Shown piece by piece: positions 12,434-26,610 of a stretch of DNA of 64,000 nucleotides. The notes below the pieces were generated by a model, which saw nothing but the letters and a program-made list of their open reading frames with translations, made no database searches and had not been told where the DNA came from. The number at the start of each line of letters is the position of its first letter. Position 1 is the stretch's first letter. The stretch comes from Stegostoma tigrinum. Its lineage: Eukaryota. A program made the position numbers and the translations under genes. The stretch lies in contig NC_081387.1 of the NCBI RefSeq assembly GCF_030684315.1, forward strand, positions 21,570,647-21,634,646, read 5' to 3'.

Positions 12434-12919
12434 GCCTGTATCAGAACTAGAAACTGAAAGTTCAACCAGGAGCTCCGGTTGGAGGTCTGGGGGAAAGGAG
12501 GAGGGGGAGAGAAGGAACTCCACTATATTAGAAACTCAATGAAAGAGAGGGACCTACTGGGTAGAATGACGTGTGAGCTGCAGGAACCTGGGGACCACAA
12601 GACAAAACGTTGCATTGCCATGTTTGATATCAATGAGATTTACATTGCTGCTGCTGAACACTGTAAATAAACTGTACAATAGGAAGATCAACATCAAAAA
12701 AGCCTAATAAATACAACTCATTGATGTTACAAATTTCAAAAACATAAACCAAATGAGTCATTTGTTCTTTTTACGTCCAATTTCATACTGCTGATATTTA
12801 TCACACTGCAATTTTAATTTTCCTCCTGCTATAAACCGAGTGGTTGTGTCCTGGAATTAGTATCATCGTTCCTGCAGGTTCTTCAACCAACGGTGTCTTG
12901 GGTAAATAAGCAGATAAGG

Positions 12920-13720
12920 AATTGAATTAAGGGAAGGTCTTTTGGCTCCTCAAGCCTGTCCCAACATTCAACAAGATCATGACTAATCTGCCCAAGGCTT
13001 AAACTCCTCTTGTGTGCCTGCTCAGCATGACTGTCAACTTCATGGTATTTCAAAAATCTACCTCCATTCACTTTAAATACCTTTAGTAATCCAGCTTGCA
13101 AGGATCTCTGGGGTAGATTATTCCAAACATTAACTAACTTTAGAGAAAAAATTCGTGTGTATATTCCTTTAGCCAATCTCGATAAATATATGCTTTCATC
13201 TCAGGAATCAGCTTATTGAATCTCTTTTGAACTGCCTCCAATGCCACTATGTCCTTTGTTAAATATGGAGTCCAAAACTGTGTACAGTAATCTAGGTGCA
13301 CCTTACCAACACCCTGTACAGGTATAATGGGACTTCACAATTTTTAAGCTCCAGTCCTCTCACAATAAATTTCATTTTCTTACTTACTGCACCTGCATGT
13401 GAACATTTTTCTGTTTCAATCAAAAGAACACTTAGATTGCTCTGTGTTTAACTTTTGTGTTGTCTTTCCATTTAAATAATAGTCTGCCTTTTAATTCTTA
13501 CTCAATTTCACTATTTTCTACAGTGGACTTTATTTTCTAAATAATTACTCACTCATTCAAACTCTATACTTGTGCAGATTCTGTATACTGTCTTCATAAC
13601 ATGACCTCCTACAATCTATTTTTGTATCATCAGTATATTTGGGTGCTGCCCTCTTTCTACTCACCAGTGCAGATAGCAAGTAATTAAGGCCCGAGTCTAT
13701 CAGTTCACTCGTAATGTCCA
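12920..13720 (-). mobile_element. Degraded CR1 LINE fragment
   Basis: VNVWNNLPQ.. C-terminal motif and YCTQFW-like remnants. Confidence 0.65.
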
Positions 13721-14749
13721 CAAAACCTTACAGTCAGTCCTGTATGATGTTTCCTGAAGCAGTCAAAATCATTTAGAAGACTGTCTCATGTCCAGGAAAT
13801 TTAGAAAGCAATGAAAGAAAGGACCTTGGCTGGTGGTGAAAAGGTCCAATTCCATCAGATCCTTCTTTTAGGCTCAAATCTCATCTGGTCTGTAAGTTGC
13901 ACTTCAGCTGATTGTCCACAGAAGAAAAAATTGCTTGCCACCTTGTTGGAGGGAATTAGATAAATCAAGTCTGCATTCTGAGTGAATTGTAACAAGGAAG
14001 TCTTTATTCAATGTTGCACCAGTGAAGCATGGGAGAGGCCTCAGAGTCAATCTCCAAAACAGTCCACTGTTTACAGCTCAAAACAACATATTTACACATT
14101 TTCGCTTCACATTATTACATGCAATAGTAGTATAAAATAAACTATTTGTCAATCCTTTACTGCAAATGAGAATGTAGCTTAATCCCTTGTGAGGTGCTGA
14201 AACAACTAATTCCAGTCAGACTTCTACATCTATGTTATCTTCCAGACTTACCATGTCCTCACCATATGCTCCCAGCAATCAAGATTTTCCTTATGATTAA
14301 CACTTGCTTGACTATCTTAAGCTGTACAATCGTCTCTAGATCCTAAATAACTGTTCAGTTTCTTATGCAATGCTAATGGCTTATAATCTAAGAGCCATAT
14401 AGCATGACCTTCTTATCCAGCACAAATAGCAGCTGCATCTTCAGTAAATTGGTTAACTATTCACTCTCACAGTTATGCAGTTAAACTACTTAATCAATGC
14501 TGTTTCCTTATGGAGGTATTTCAGCCACTACTTATCTAAGCTGCTTGCATTCTCTCTTACGCCATGCTCCAGAACATTTTCTAACCTTATAGCCATCTCT
14601 CTTTTACACATCCTTATGGAATGTGGCTTTTAAAAATATCTGCAGAGAGAGCCAATCTTTTTACCAGTTCATCCTGAACAGTTATGTGACACAGGTTGTA
14701 GAACTCTATGGGGTCACAGGCCGAGATAAATATCAATTGTAATTGGGAG

Positions 14750-16850
14750 ACCATGAACTTGGTGAAAGGAGATTACTGAAAAGCATAAAGACAGTTTGTA
14801 ACATCTTTACTTAGCACATAAAAATGAAACTAAGGTAAATGTTTGTCACTGAAAAGCAGAGATATGAAAAATTATCGGAGGTAATAATGAAATGGTAAGA
14901 GAAGTTGGATAAATGTTAGCGTCTGTTTACAGTAGAAGGCACTAGCTTCCTGCCACAAACAGATAGGACCCTGAGTATAAAAACTGGAAGGAGATTAAGA
15001 ACTTTGATATCAGAAGACAAAAACTACTGGAACAAGTAGAATCTGACAATTACTCTTGGCCACACGACAACTCTCAAGAGTTATAAAAGAGATTATTGTA
15101 GAGATAGTGGAAGTGATTGCTCTGAATTTCCAGAATTTCTTAGATTTTGGAATGGCCTGATTAGCTTGGAAGTTCTCAAACTGTTCTCAAGAAAGTGGGA
15201 GAGGCTACATGGGGAATTTGAGGCCAGTATGCTGAACATATGTTGCTGGGAAATTGTACAAACCCATTACAAACCCCCATTACTTAATCACCTAGAAATG
15301 CATAGCAAGTCAACAATATTTCACAACAGGGTTATTTTTTTGACAGATATATTTGAGATTTCTTTTTTGGAATAATACTAATACGGTATTGAAACTGCAG
15401 CAGATACAATATTCCCAGGTTTACGATAGGCATGTGATAAGGTCTCAGACAAAAAGCTAATAAGAAAGTTCATTGTTCATGGAGTTGGTAAATTATATAT
15501 TACCCATTATGTTTGACTGAAGGATTGGTTACCAGGGAGCATAGTTGACCTAATTGGGCCATCCTCAGGGCCCTGGCTATGTACACTCTATAGTAATGTA
15601 TCTAAGTGCATTGATGATGCAAAGCAAAATGGTAAGTTAAACTGTGCAGCTGACACAGGGAGGGTAAAAAGAGATATAAACAGGGTAATCAGCACATAGA
15701 CGGGAGGTGAAGTGTAATACTTGCAAGTATGAAATTATTCACTTTCATTGTAAAAATATAAAGATACAATAGGATATTTTAATGGCAAAACTTACAAGGG
15801 TTTCACAGTCATATACAAATGGAAGGGAATTGTCCTGGGAGCCCTCAACACATGGACTGTTCACAGTCTCATAGCATCAGGTCAAAAACCAGGGAGGACA
15901 TGTCCTGTTGATAAGCATATAGAGCTTAAACTAAACCTGTGTACACACCTCCAAACATCGATTGATGAATCAGTAATTTTTCATGATTAACATCATTGGA
16001 AGCACTGAAGTGGTTACCAGTGCGCAATGTACTTTGGGTGGGGGAGTTCAATTTCAATTACCAACAGTATCACTGCTGCACTATGACTGGTCAAACCGGT
16101 CGGGTTAGAACATGCATGGAATAATTTAAACAATTCTGGCTTTCTTATCTAAGCAAAGATTCGTTGACATTGGAGACATTCCAGAGATGCTTAATTTGGC
16201 CGATGCTGGGTGTAGGAGAATTTGATAATGTAGAGAGTTTGAGAGGGTTGGTATTGTACTCATTGGAATTCCAAAGTCTTATTGAAACTTGTAAAATTCT
16301 GATTCTGACTTGGTTTGACATGTTAGCTGTGGAGACATTACTTCCGTATGTGGGGAATCTCGGACTAGAGTGCATAATCTTAGAGTAAGCAGTTGCCTAT
16401 TTAGCAGACAAGGAGGGTGTTTACATCCCAGAGGACAGTGAATCTGTGGAATCCTTCAGCACAGCAGACTATCAAGGTTGAGTCATTAAGGATGACCTAC
16501 TAACCTCATCCCACCTCCTTGACCTGTCCGTCTTCCCTGGACTGATCTATCCCCTCCCTACCTCCCCACCTATACTCTCCTCTCCACCTATCTTCTTTTC
16601 TCTCCATCTTCGGTCCGCATCCCCCTCTCTCCCTATTTATTCCAGGACCCTCACCCCCATCCCCCTCTCTGATGAAGGGTCTAGGGCCGAAACGTCAGCT
16701 TTTGTGCTCCTGAGATGCTGCTTGGCTTGTTGTGTTCATCCAGCTCCACACTTTATTATCCTGAGTCATTAAGGATGTTCAGGTTGAAACAGAAATATTT
16801 TTAGTCAATGTGGGAATCAATATTCTATGCATAAGACCATGAATTCAGTG
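14750..16850 (+). mobile_element. Highly degraded CR1 fragments (interrupted by PLE insertion)
   Basis: Remnants of the RT region and 3' end. Confidence 0.55.
16495..16761 (+). mobile_element. PLE terminal fragment with hammerhead motif and 16 bp TSD
   Basis: Near-identical to 49410-49670; TGAGTCATTAAGGATG at 16479-16494 and 16762-16777. Confidence 0.88.
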
Positions 16851-17125
16851 AAAGTAAAGTGGATTTGAAGATCATCTGTTTGATCGAGATCTTATTGTAT
16901 GTTGGAGCTGTTGTGAAGAATAATTGGCCTACTTCTGCTTCTCTGTCCTGTGGTGTAATACTCCTAAAGGACAAAATTACTAGATTGGGTCTGCAGCAGG
17001 TGGGAATGGAATCAACAAGAAGGAAGTTAACATTTGACCTATTCCTCACCAATCTGCCTGTATCAGTCCAAGACAAGATCGCTAAAAGTGAACACCATAT
17101 GAATAGCGCTCAAAGACAGAGAAAA

Positions 17126-17438
17126 GGGACAGCACGGTGGGTCAGTGGTTACCACTGCAGCCTCGCCAGCGCCAGGGACCCAGGTTCGATTCCCGCCACG
17201 GGCGACTGTCTGTGCGGAGTTTGCACATTCTCTCCATGTCTGCATGGGTTTCCTCCGGGTGCTCCGGTTTCCTCCCACAGTCCAAAAAGATGTGCAGATT
17301 CGGTGGATTGGCCATGCTAAATTGCCCGTGGTGTTCAGGGGTGTGTGGGTTATAGGGGGATGGGTCTAAGTAGGATGCTTCAAGGGGCAGAGTGGATTTG
17401 TTGGGCCACACTGTAGGGAATCTAATCTAATCTAATCT
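17126..17438 (+). mobile_element. HE1-type SINE, full length
   Basis: GGTTCGATTCC box B, GGAGTTTGCACATTCTC core, CR1-like tail ending (TCTAA)n. Confidence 0.9.
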
Positions 17439-17559
17439 TAAAAAATAGCTAGACAGACAAAGAATTGGTTAAAAGTCAGTCTGGAGAAATGAATAGATGA
17501 TAATGTGAGCTTTAATAGCATGCAATGCTATTAAATGTATGGTAACCAATTGGGATATA

Positions 17560-18040
17560 AAGCACAGACTGGGCGTTTGCTTTGCAGAACACTTGCATTA
17601 AGTTTGCAGAAAAGACCCTGAGCTGTCCAGTTGCCTTCCACTTCAACACACTGCTGTGTTCCCTGGCCAACTACTCTGTTTCGGGCTTACTGCAGTTCTC
17701 CAGCAAAGATCAGCACAAGCTGGACGGACAGCACCTCATTTTCTGCTTGGGAAATCTGCATCCTTCTGGACTTAATATTGAGTTAATATTAAAAACAGCA
17801 ATATCTGGAATTAATATCGATAGTCTTTGTCCATCCAGCTGTGTGTCACTCTCTTTGGGTTGTAAATTCACCGATTATTTATCTTCCCCCACCTTCCAAC
17901 CAATCTCCTGTGTGAATACCTACCTTTTCCCACCTACCATTGTTCTGAAGAAGGATCACTGGAGCCAAGGCATTAACTCTGATTTCTCTTCACATATGCC
18001 GCCAGATCTGCTGAGTTATTCCGGCATCTGCAGTTCTTTT
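17560..18040 (+). mobile_element. Degraded PLE GIY-YIG/3' fragment
   Basis: FAEK..PVAFHFN..GLLQ..QHLIFCLG.LHPSGLNIE; decayed CTGAAGAAGG motif ~17945. Confidence 0.75.
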
Positions 18041-18479
18041 TGGGTGATTTTTTCCCCAAGGATTCACCCTCAATTCTGGATATCAGAAGCTCCATTTCAC
18101 TAAACTTTGAACTAATTTCACTGATATTGCATCCTTGCACTTGTTAATCAAATTCACAATCATTTCCTTTTATTCATTCCTGTCCATTTGTCTCCAAAAC
18201 ATAAACCAATACATTCAGAAATTTGACAACTAAGATCATTGCATTGCTCAACATTTTCATTATTGGTTCCTGAGGTCTTTGACATAGCAAAGTTGTGTCT
18301 TGTACTCTGTCATTCAATGATGTTTATAATTGTGTTTATGTCTATTTAAGGAGAATACGTCTGAAAAAACTAATTACACATTCATCAAAAACAACTAACC
18401 AACATATTAATATAGTGGTAATGAAGCATAAATTTTATTTTTTGCTATTAAATGATTCATTTTTACACTATTAGTGCAT

Positions 18480-18677
18480 AGCGAGTTTTGAGAAGATTTG
18501 TAGCTCAGGTTGAGGTTCTGGATGTAAGTTACATAAAAAGTTACACAAAAACACATAAATAGAAAGCAGGGCATAACACCAGCGCTTCACCAGAGGCTCA
18601 GTGATGATGTTACCTAGAATAGTGACGAAACGTCTGAAAACTAACCTTCCAGCTCAGCAAGCAAACTTCCATCCAGA
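18480..18677 (+). mobile_element. Short fold-back insertion of a second hammerhead-bearing (PLE-like) family, 13 bp TSD
   Basis: ACTATTAGTGCAT at 18467-18479 and 18678-18690; GTGATGA-T-GTTAC..GTGAC-GAAACGTC at 18601-18634; TTCTGGATGTAAGTT inverted against AACTTCCATCCAGAA. Confidence 0.7.
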
Positions 18678-18844
18678 ACTATTAGTGCATTTCTGATAAA
18701 CAGAGCAGAAGGCTATTTATCTCTGACAACATTTAAAGCATCCACACCTAAAGAATGTGGAAATTTGTAATAGACATTGGTTATACTGGTAGGGAAATAT
18801 ATTATTTCCTATTTTCTCATTTAAGGAGAAAATCCACAAAATAG

Positions 18845-20820
18845 AATGTAGAACATAGAACACTGCAGCATGGGACAAACGCTTTGGCCCATCATATCTG
18901 TACTGATATTCTAAACCAATCCTGTCCCCTTGTACATGGTCCATGTCCCTCTACTTTTTTCCTGTTCATGCATCTGCTCAAAAGCTTCTTAAACTTTGCT
19001 AGTGTATCTGCTTTTACCTCTTCCCATGGCAGCATGTTCCAGGTATCTACCTTCAGTGCAAAAAGCCGGCCTCAAACATCTTCTTTAAACTTTCCCACTT
19101 TCTCCTTTTACTTAGCATTTTCAACCTGTGAAAAAGACTCTGACTATCCACCCTATCCATATCAGCTTTAGTTTTGCATACTTCTATCTGGCCACCCAAC
19201 AGCCTCCAATACCCAGTTGAAAACAATTCAAGTTTGTCCAACTTTTCCTTATAGCTAATGGAGGACCTCTTTTGTACTCTTTCCGAGGCCTTCATGATCC
19301 TTCCTGTGGTGTGGTGACCAGAACTGCATGCAATACTCCAAATGCTGCCTGTGTAAAGGTTTAAACAGCTGCAACACAACTTGCCAACTTTTATACTCAA
19401 TGCCCTGATCAAAGAAGGCAAGCATGCCATACCCCTCCTTTACCATTTTATTCGCACGTGTTGCCAATTTCACAGAGGTATGGACTTGCAGCCCTAAATT
19501 TGAATACTCTTAATTTATTGTATTGTATACTTTCCACTTGCATTTTACCTCACAAAATGCATCACCTCTCACTTATCCAAAATAAACTCCACCTGCCATT
19601 TCTCTGCCCAACTTTCCAACTGATCTATATCCTTCTGTATCCTTTGACAACTTTCCTCAATATACACAACTCCACAAATGTTCAAGTCATCTGAAAACTT
19701 ATGAATCAGACCCTCTTCATTTTCATCCAAATCATTTATATATATTACAAGCAGCCAACGTCCCAGATTAATCCTCATGGAACACCACTGGCCATGGGAC
19801 TCCAGGCAGAAATACACCTCTCCACAACTATACTCTGTTTCTTGTGACCAAGACAATTTTGTATCTGACTTACAAATTCAGTGTGGGTCCCAAGTGATTT
19901 CATCATCTAGACCAGCCTACTGTGAGGGACGTTGTCAAATGCTTTAGTAAAGTCCATACAGACAACATCCACTTCCCTACTCTCACCAATAATCTTGATC
20001 ACTTCCTCAACAAGCTCAATCAAATTTGTGAGACAAGGCCTCCCACATACAAAACCATGCTCGGTATTCCTAATAAGTACATTACTTTGCAAAGTGCTTA
20101 ACTTTTAACTGCCCTCTGGGCAATTAGGGATGAACAATAAATGCTGCCTGGCCTGAGACACCCTCATTCCATGAATGAATAAAGAAAAAATGCAAGCAAA
20201 CCCTATCCTTAAGAATATTCTCCAATAATTTCCCTGCCATTGATCTAAGATTCACCGGCCTATAATTTTCTGGATTATTCCTGTTGCCCTTTGTAAACAC
20301 AGGAAAAACATTGGCTATTCTCCAGTCTTCTGAGATCTTGCCTGTTCTAAAGAGACTACAAAGATTTTTGTTAAAGTTGCAGAGATCCCCTTACATGCTC
20401 CCCTGATCCTGGGATGGATCCCACCAGACCCTACTGATTTATCTTCCTCAATGTTTTTCAAGGCACCCAACGCCTCCTCCTTCTTAATATCAATATGGCC
20501 TAGAATATCAACATATACCTCCCTAATCTTACCATCATTTATGTTCCTCTCTTTGATGAATACTGACATGAAGTAGTTATTAAGGATATCAATGAGTTCC
20601 TCCGGCTCCATGCATAAATTACCTGCTGTGCCCTTGAGTGGATATGCCCTATTCATAGCTACCCTCTTTCTCCTAATATATGGGTAAAAAGATTTGGAAT
20701 TCTCTTTAATCCTTCTTGCCAAGTACACTTCATGGCCTCCTTTCAGCGCCCGTAATTCCTCGATTAAATTATATTCTGGTTCCTTTATATTCCTCAAAGG
20801 CCTTGTCAGATTTCAGTAAA
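18845..20820 (-). mobile_element. CR1 LINE, degraded
   Basis: HGFVCGRPCLTNLIE, MDFTKAFDNVPH, LEYCMQFWSPH; (TCTATGT)n-type tail. Confidence 0.87.
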
Positions 20821-21868
20821 TGTGCCACCCTGTCTGGAATATCAGATATGATTAGAAATTTGTAAATGTTATTCATGTTGACTGTTTTTTAAAAAAATGT
20901 TAATGTGTATGAATCACAGCTTCGAATGCAACAATCAATTTATCAAAACCACTGCAGAAAGAATCCATCAACTGGTACAATAGACGTGAATTTGATTGGC
21001 TGGCGGAATTGGAGGATCATGCTCTGATTAAAACCTGACTGTATCTGGCTGTGGCTCTCAAATTTAGTAGAATAAGACATTATCGGACGAAACGTGCAAG
21101 GTTGTTATTCAGAAGGATTTTCACAACTGATCCGGCGTTGACAACTGGTCTCTGAGAGGCTGTTTTCCCGACCGGGTGAAGGTAGGATCTGGTACACATA
21201 TCAGGATAACAGGGTCCATCATTTCCGGCTGTTTTACATTCAAAGTGTGGTGAATCTTAGCGTCAGTTTCTGCAGAGTATTACTCTGATTACAGCGGGTT
21301 GTGGGTCAGGGGAGTGGGGACCCTTAAGATGAGGTCAACCAACCATTTTAAGTGGTGTATTGGGCAAATGAAGATTTTTTTTAGGCTTCTGGGATGAAAT
21401 TAAGTGTCGGCCTGTGGCCCAGTGGTAGTATCTCTGGACCACATGATTCGCTTCCAGGCGTGTTATGACATGGCCTAACTAGATGATTGATTTTAATGAA
21501 TTAAATAAAGCACAGTGATAACAGTCACGGGCAGCAGAGCGTTAGTAGTGATAAATCTCAAACATGCCACTTTCTGCCTGCGGAGTAACACTGCGGGCAG
21601 GAAGGTCCTCGGGATCCTGCAGCTCATAGCTCATTCCCTCTCTCTCTCTCTCTCTCCAATTGACCTTTAATTTGTTTCTTCTCACCCCTCCTTCTTTCCT
21701 CCAGCCCCTCAGAGCTCCTTGCTGATCTTTCAGTCCCCAGTTCCGATACAGCGTTTATTCCTGGGATGTTCACTTGGCTTCTGTCTCCACCTGTGACTGA
21801 GGCCGATCCGCATTAGTTTACAGCTGGTAGGATGCCGGCAAGCCGGGTGAAATTATGGGGTGGATCAG

Positions 21869-22419
21869 TCAGTGCCCTTTAATCCCGCAGATTGTCAACG
21901 GGGCGGAGTTCTTCCCACCATATATCAATCCGGGACAAAAGAAGGGAAAGATTTTCTCAGTGAACGTGTGGGTGAAAGTGTGGAGATGGGACATATTATC
22001 CGCATTGTAAAATGATACCTGTCCACCCTCATAGTCGAGGAAAACCCCGATCTTCCGGGGCTGTGCACTTCCGGAGGTTGGGGTCTGCGAATTGGAGACT
22101 CTGTCACGATAGCTTCCTCTGGCTTCTTGCCCCACAATCCAGAATCCGGTCTCCACTTTCGGGACAATTGTTTCCTTCCTCTCCACAGACTCTCGGGCTA
22201 CTCCCACCCCCCACTGTGTCCCCTCTCCCACCTCCACCTCCCAGTAATGTCTGCCTGATGTGAATCCCTCTGATCCCAGGACAAAGGGCCAGGAATCAAA
22301 CCTCTCTGGGGATTCAGGGAGCATCTGCCTTCTGCTTCTGAGTCTCACACTGGTCCGGTCCTCGGACAGGACGAGCTGGGGATGCGCGGTGCTTGGATCC
22401 AGAGTCAGGGAGGCTGGAG
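21869..22419 (-). CDS. TRIM gene B exon 6: PRY/SPRY (B30.2)
   Basis: ctccAG acceptor; [28 protein letters not shown] motifs; exon lengths sum to 1413 nt, open. Confidence 0.95.
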
Positions 22420-22879
22420 CTGGAGACGAGGTAAAGAAACATTTCGTAAGACCGTTGTTTGATGTCATTTAATACAAGTCAACCCATGTTGAGCATGCAA
22501 TCCTATTTGTATTAATGGAATTGTTTGTTCTCCCACCTCTGCTACCCCTACCCTGAGACTTTAATTGGATGTCAGAAGATAATTGGAGAACCATTGGAAA
22601 CAGCATTGAGATCACAACGACTGGAGCAAGGTGGGCTGGTTTGTTGCAGAGAATGCATGTTGTGTGGGTCCGTATACCTAAAAAAGTATAAGTGCAAATG
22701 ATGAGAGGCAGAATGTGTGAAAGGAGATCTGGATGAAACATCTTTGGAAAGACATGAAATGTGGGAGCAGTGGTTTGGGTGGAGGGGAGAACTGGGACGA
22801 GTGAAAGTCAGGAGACAACCTGAGCAAATGAGCAGTTGACTTGTTGTCAATTTGTGTTTCCACCTAGGCTACTTTCCAG

Positions 22880-25390
22880 TCTTGGAGACAGTAACGACTG
22901 CAGATGCTGGAAGCTAGAGTGTACAGGTGTGAGGCTGGGAAGCACAGCAGGCCAGACAGTGGTTGAGGAGCAGGAAAGTTTACATTTCGGGCCAAAATCA
23001 TTTGTTAGGACTGGGGATGGGAAGGGAAGCCCAGAAATAAATAGAGAGAGGTTGGCTGGGGCTGGAGGAAAGACAGGAGAGATGGTAATATGTGAATATA
23101 GGTAAGGGATTATAGTGATTGACCTATGGGAAATTGGGAGTGGATAGGTGGATAGGAAGATAGGCAGGTTGTGTCAGGTCAGGATGGGGAGGGGCTGACA
23201 TGGGATAAGTCTGGGGGTGGAGGGATTTTGAAGCCAGTGAAGTCAATGTTAAGGTCATTGGGCTGTAATTTCCACAGTGCAATATCAGGTGTTGTTCCTT
23301 CAGTTTAAGTTTGGCCATACTCTGGCAATGGAGGAGGCCAAGAATGGACCAGTCTTTCGGGGAGTTGGAGAAAGATGGCAATTGGAAGGTTGGGTTGGTT
23401 GTTGCATGCAAAGCAGGTGCTCCACAAGCTGGTCCCTGAGTCTGCATTTACTCTCTCCAGTAAAGAGGACCACATTGGGATTAATGAAAGGAACCAATAA
23501 GGTTGGATGATGTGCAGGTAAACCTCTGCCAATTCTGGCAGGATTGTTTGGGGCCTTGGATGGAGGTGGGGGCAGGAGGTCCACCTCTTGCAATTGCAAG
23601 GAGAGGTACCAGGTGTGATGGAGGAATTGGTGGGGAGTGTAAAACTGATGAGGGAATCATGGAATAAACAGTCCTTGTGAAATGTGGAGGGAAATATCTT
23701 TTTGGTGATGGGGTCGGATTGTAGATGGTGGAAATGTTGGAGGATAATGTGCTGGATCCAAAGACTGATGAGGTAGTACATGAGGACTAAGGGGACTCTA
23801 TCCTTATTGTTGTTGGGGAGAGGGAGTTTGAGGGCAAAAGTGCAGGAAATGGACAAGGTGCATTGAGGGCATCCTTAATTACAGAGGATGGAAAATTATG
23901 GTCCCTAAATTAGGAAGATAGTTGGCTTGTCATGGAGTGGAAAGCCTCATGCTGGCAGCAGATGCACTGCAGGCACAGGAATTGGGAGCATTTTTTGCAG
24001 GCGGTGTGGTCGATGTAGCTATGGGAGTCAGTGAGTTTGAAATAGATGTCATTGGTGAGTCGGTTTCCAGAGATGGGTACGGAGAGATCCTGGAAAGGAG
24101 GGAGGTGCCATAAATATTCCAGGTGAATTTGATGGCAGGGTGAAAGGTATTGGTGAAGTTTATGAACTGCTTGAACTTGTGAGCACAAGGCCTCACCAAT
24201 GCAGTCATCACTATAGCGGAGGACGAGGTAAAGGATGGTGCCAGTGTAACGGTGGAAGATGGACTGTTCCACAAATCCTACAAAGAGGTAGGTATAGCTC
24301 AGGCCCATGCAGGTGTCCATGGTCACCTATTGGTTTGTAGAAAGTAGGAAGAGTCGGAGGAGTAATTGTTGAGAGGTCAGCCAAGCAAATGAGAATGTCA
24401 GTGGAGGGGGGCTGTTTGGGCCAATGGGACAGGAAGAAGCAGAAGAAGAAGAAGCCCTCCATGTGTACAGGGACTGTCCATTCCTGGTGACATGAGGTGT
24501 TGGAAGCAGGGGAATTGAAAGTTTTGGAAAAGGTTGAGAGCATGGGTTGTGTCACGAATGTAGGTAGGGAGTTCCTGGACTGAAGGAAAATAATGGTGGT
24601 AGGAGGGCATGAGCTTGGTGGGACAGAAGCAAGCAGAGACAATGGATCGACCAGGGCAGTTGGGTTAGGGATTTTGGGTCGGAGATAGAAATGGCTGGTG
24701 TGGGATTGGGGATCTGTCAAGTTGGAGGCTGTGGATAGACAATCTCCCAAATTGGAAAGATTGTTGATTGTCTGGGAGACGATGGCTTAGTGATTAGAGG
24801 TGGGGTCATGATCAAGGGGCCAGTAGGAGGAGATGTCAGTGAGATGGCATCTCTCCTCAGCACCGTACACATCAGTACACCATTCAACCACCAGCACCCC
24901 TCCCCCTCACTTGCTGGCAGTTTTAATAATGACGTTGGTGTTGGAGCAAAGGGAGCAGAGTGCTGCATGTTCCAATGGAGAGATGTGGAGTATGTGAGAG
25001 GCATGGAGAGATCCAAGCAATTGATGTCACTGCGGCAGTTTGAGATAAGAGGTTGAAGAAGGGTCGGAGGCCAGGTGGGGCATCCAAGAGGATGGAGTTT
25101 GCTGGACATGGAAGAAGGGGTCTTTAGAGGATGGTTGGATTCCCGTTCCAAAAAGAAAGGCACAGAAGTGAACATGGCAGAAGAAAACTCAACATCACGG
25201 CATATGCAGAATTCATTTATGTGTGGGCACAGGGGAATGAAGGTGAGCCATTTGCTGAAGAGTGACCATTTGGCCTCAGTGAGGGGAAGATCTGGGGAGA
25301 TGGTAAATACTTGGCAGGGGTTGGGGCTGGGGCTGGGTGTAGAGCTGGAGCCAGGAATGATGGTGGAGACTTTATCAGAACCGGGTATCC
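22880..25390 (-). mobile_element. Older, degraded long Penelope-like element in the last intron of TRIM gene B
   Basis: Frameshifted fragments HFYLRPKI, MGLSYTYLFVGFVEQ, LRYSDD, RVPLVLMY, GESKCRLRDQLVEHL homologous to the 48-49 kb element. Confidence 0.85.
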
Positions 25391-25929
25391 CCACACCATT
25401 AATCATCATTAATAAACCAAGGAGAGGGTTGTGGACCAATAGATATCAAACAATAAAGAGAAAGGAAGAAACAATGAGAAAAGAGAAAAGAACAATAGGG
25501 AAGGGAACAGCCAGAGAAAAGGAGACTTGCAAACTCAAACACGGATCATTGGGCTGTGCAATTTCAAGGACGCTGCTCATCAGCACTTTTTGAAGTGTAA
25601 TGAGGCATGGGCAAGAATTGTACACCTAGAATGCAAGGACCAATTCTGACGCATGAATTTTAATAAAGTTAGAGTTCCAGCCATTGAGAAAAGCATAGGT
25701 GAAATACTAGCATCAAGATGGATAGCGGATTATGCAAGTGACTTTAACATGTAGCTTTAGTTGGAGATAAATATCATTTGCTATTCATTGCTTTACACAA
25801 AGGAGGAGACTGTGTGTTGATTCTGCTTTGAAATTGGTTGGTAGGAATATGCTTAATAAAGATAACAAAGTAAAAAGAGAATGAAAATAAAACTAAGATA
25901 AAATATTGTGTCCAGAAGCATTCTCGATA

Positions 25930-26610
25930 TAACATTGAGTCATAGGTCATTGTAATGTCATAGTGAAACTGACCCTTCAGCCCAACTAATCCACACTGAC
26001 CAGATATCCTAACTTAATCTAGTCCCATTTGCCAGCATTTGGCCCATATCTTCTGAACATTCCTATTCATACATTTATCCAAATGCCTTTTAAATGTTGT
26101 TATTGTAACAATCTCCTCCATTCCTCCATACATACGCCATCCTCTGTGTGAAAAAATTGCCCCTTGGGTCCCTTTTAAACATTTCCCCTTTTGCCTTAAG
26201 CTGATGTCTTTTATTTTGGACTCCCCAACCCTGGGAAAATCTTTTGACTATTCTCCCTATCCATGCCCCTCATGATTTTATAAACTTCTATAAGGTCAGC
26301 CTTCCAACACTCAAGGGAAACTAGCCCAGCCAAACTTTCACTCAAACCCTCCAACACTGGCAACATCTTAGTAAATCTTTTCTCAACCCTTTCAAGTTTA
26401 ACATCAACTTTCTTATAGCAGAGAGACCAGAATTCAGTGCAGTATTTGAAAACTGGCCTAACCAATGTCCTGTACAGCCATAACATTTCCTGCCAACCCG
26501 GATACTGAATGCACTGATCAATAAAGTTACGCATACCAAATGTCTTCTTCACTACCCTGCCTAACTGTGACTCCACTTCCAAATAATTCTGAACTTGCAC
26601 TCCAAGGTTT
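25930..26610 (-). mobile_element. CR1 LINE 3' fragment
   Basis: LYRTLVRP..FWS..LERVEKRFTKM. Confidence 0.82.

Noticed and set aside
12450-12461. ISRE-like GAAACTGAAAGT
   Set aside because: Lies downstream of the stop codon, and the homologous positions in both paralogs lack the motif; could be chance.
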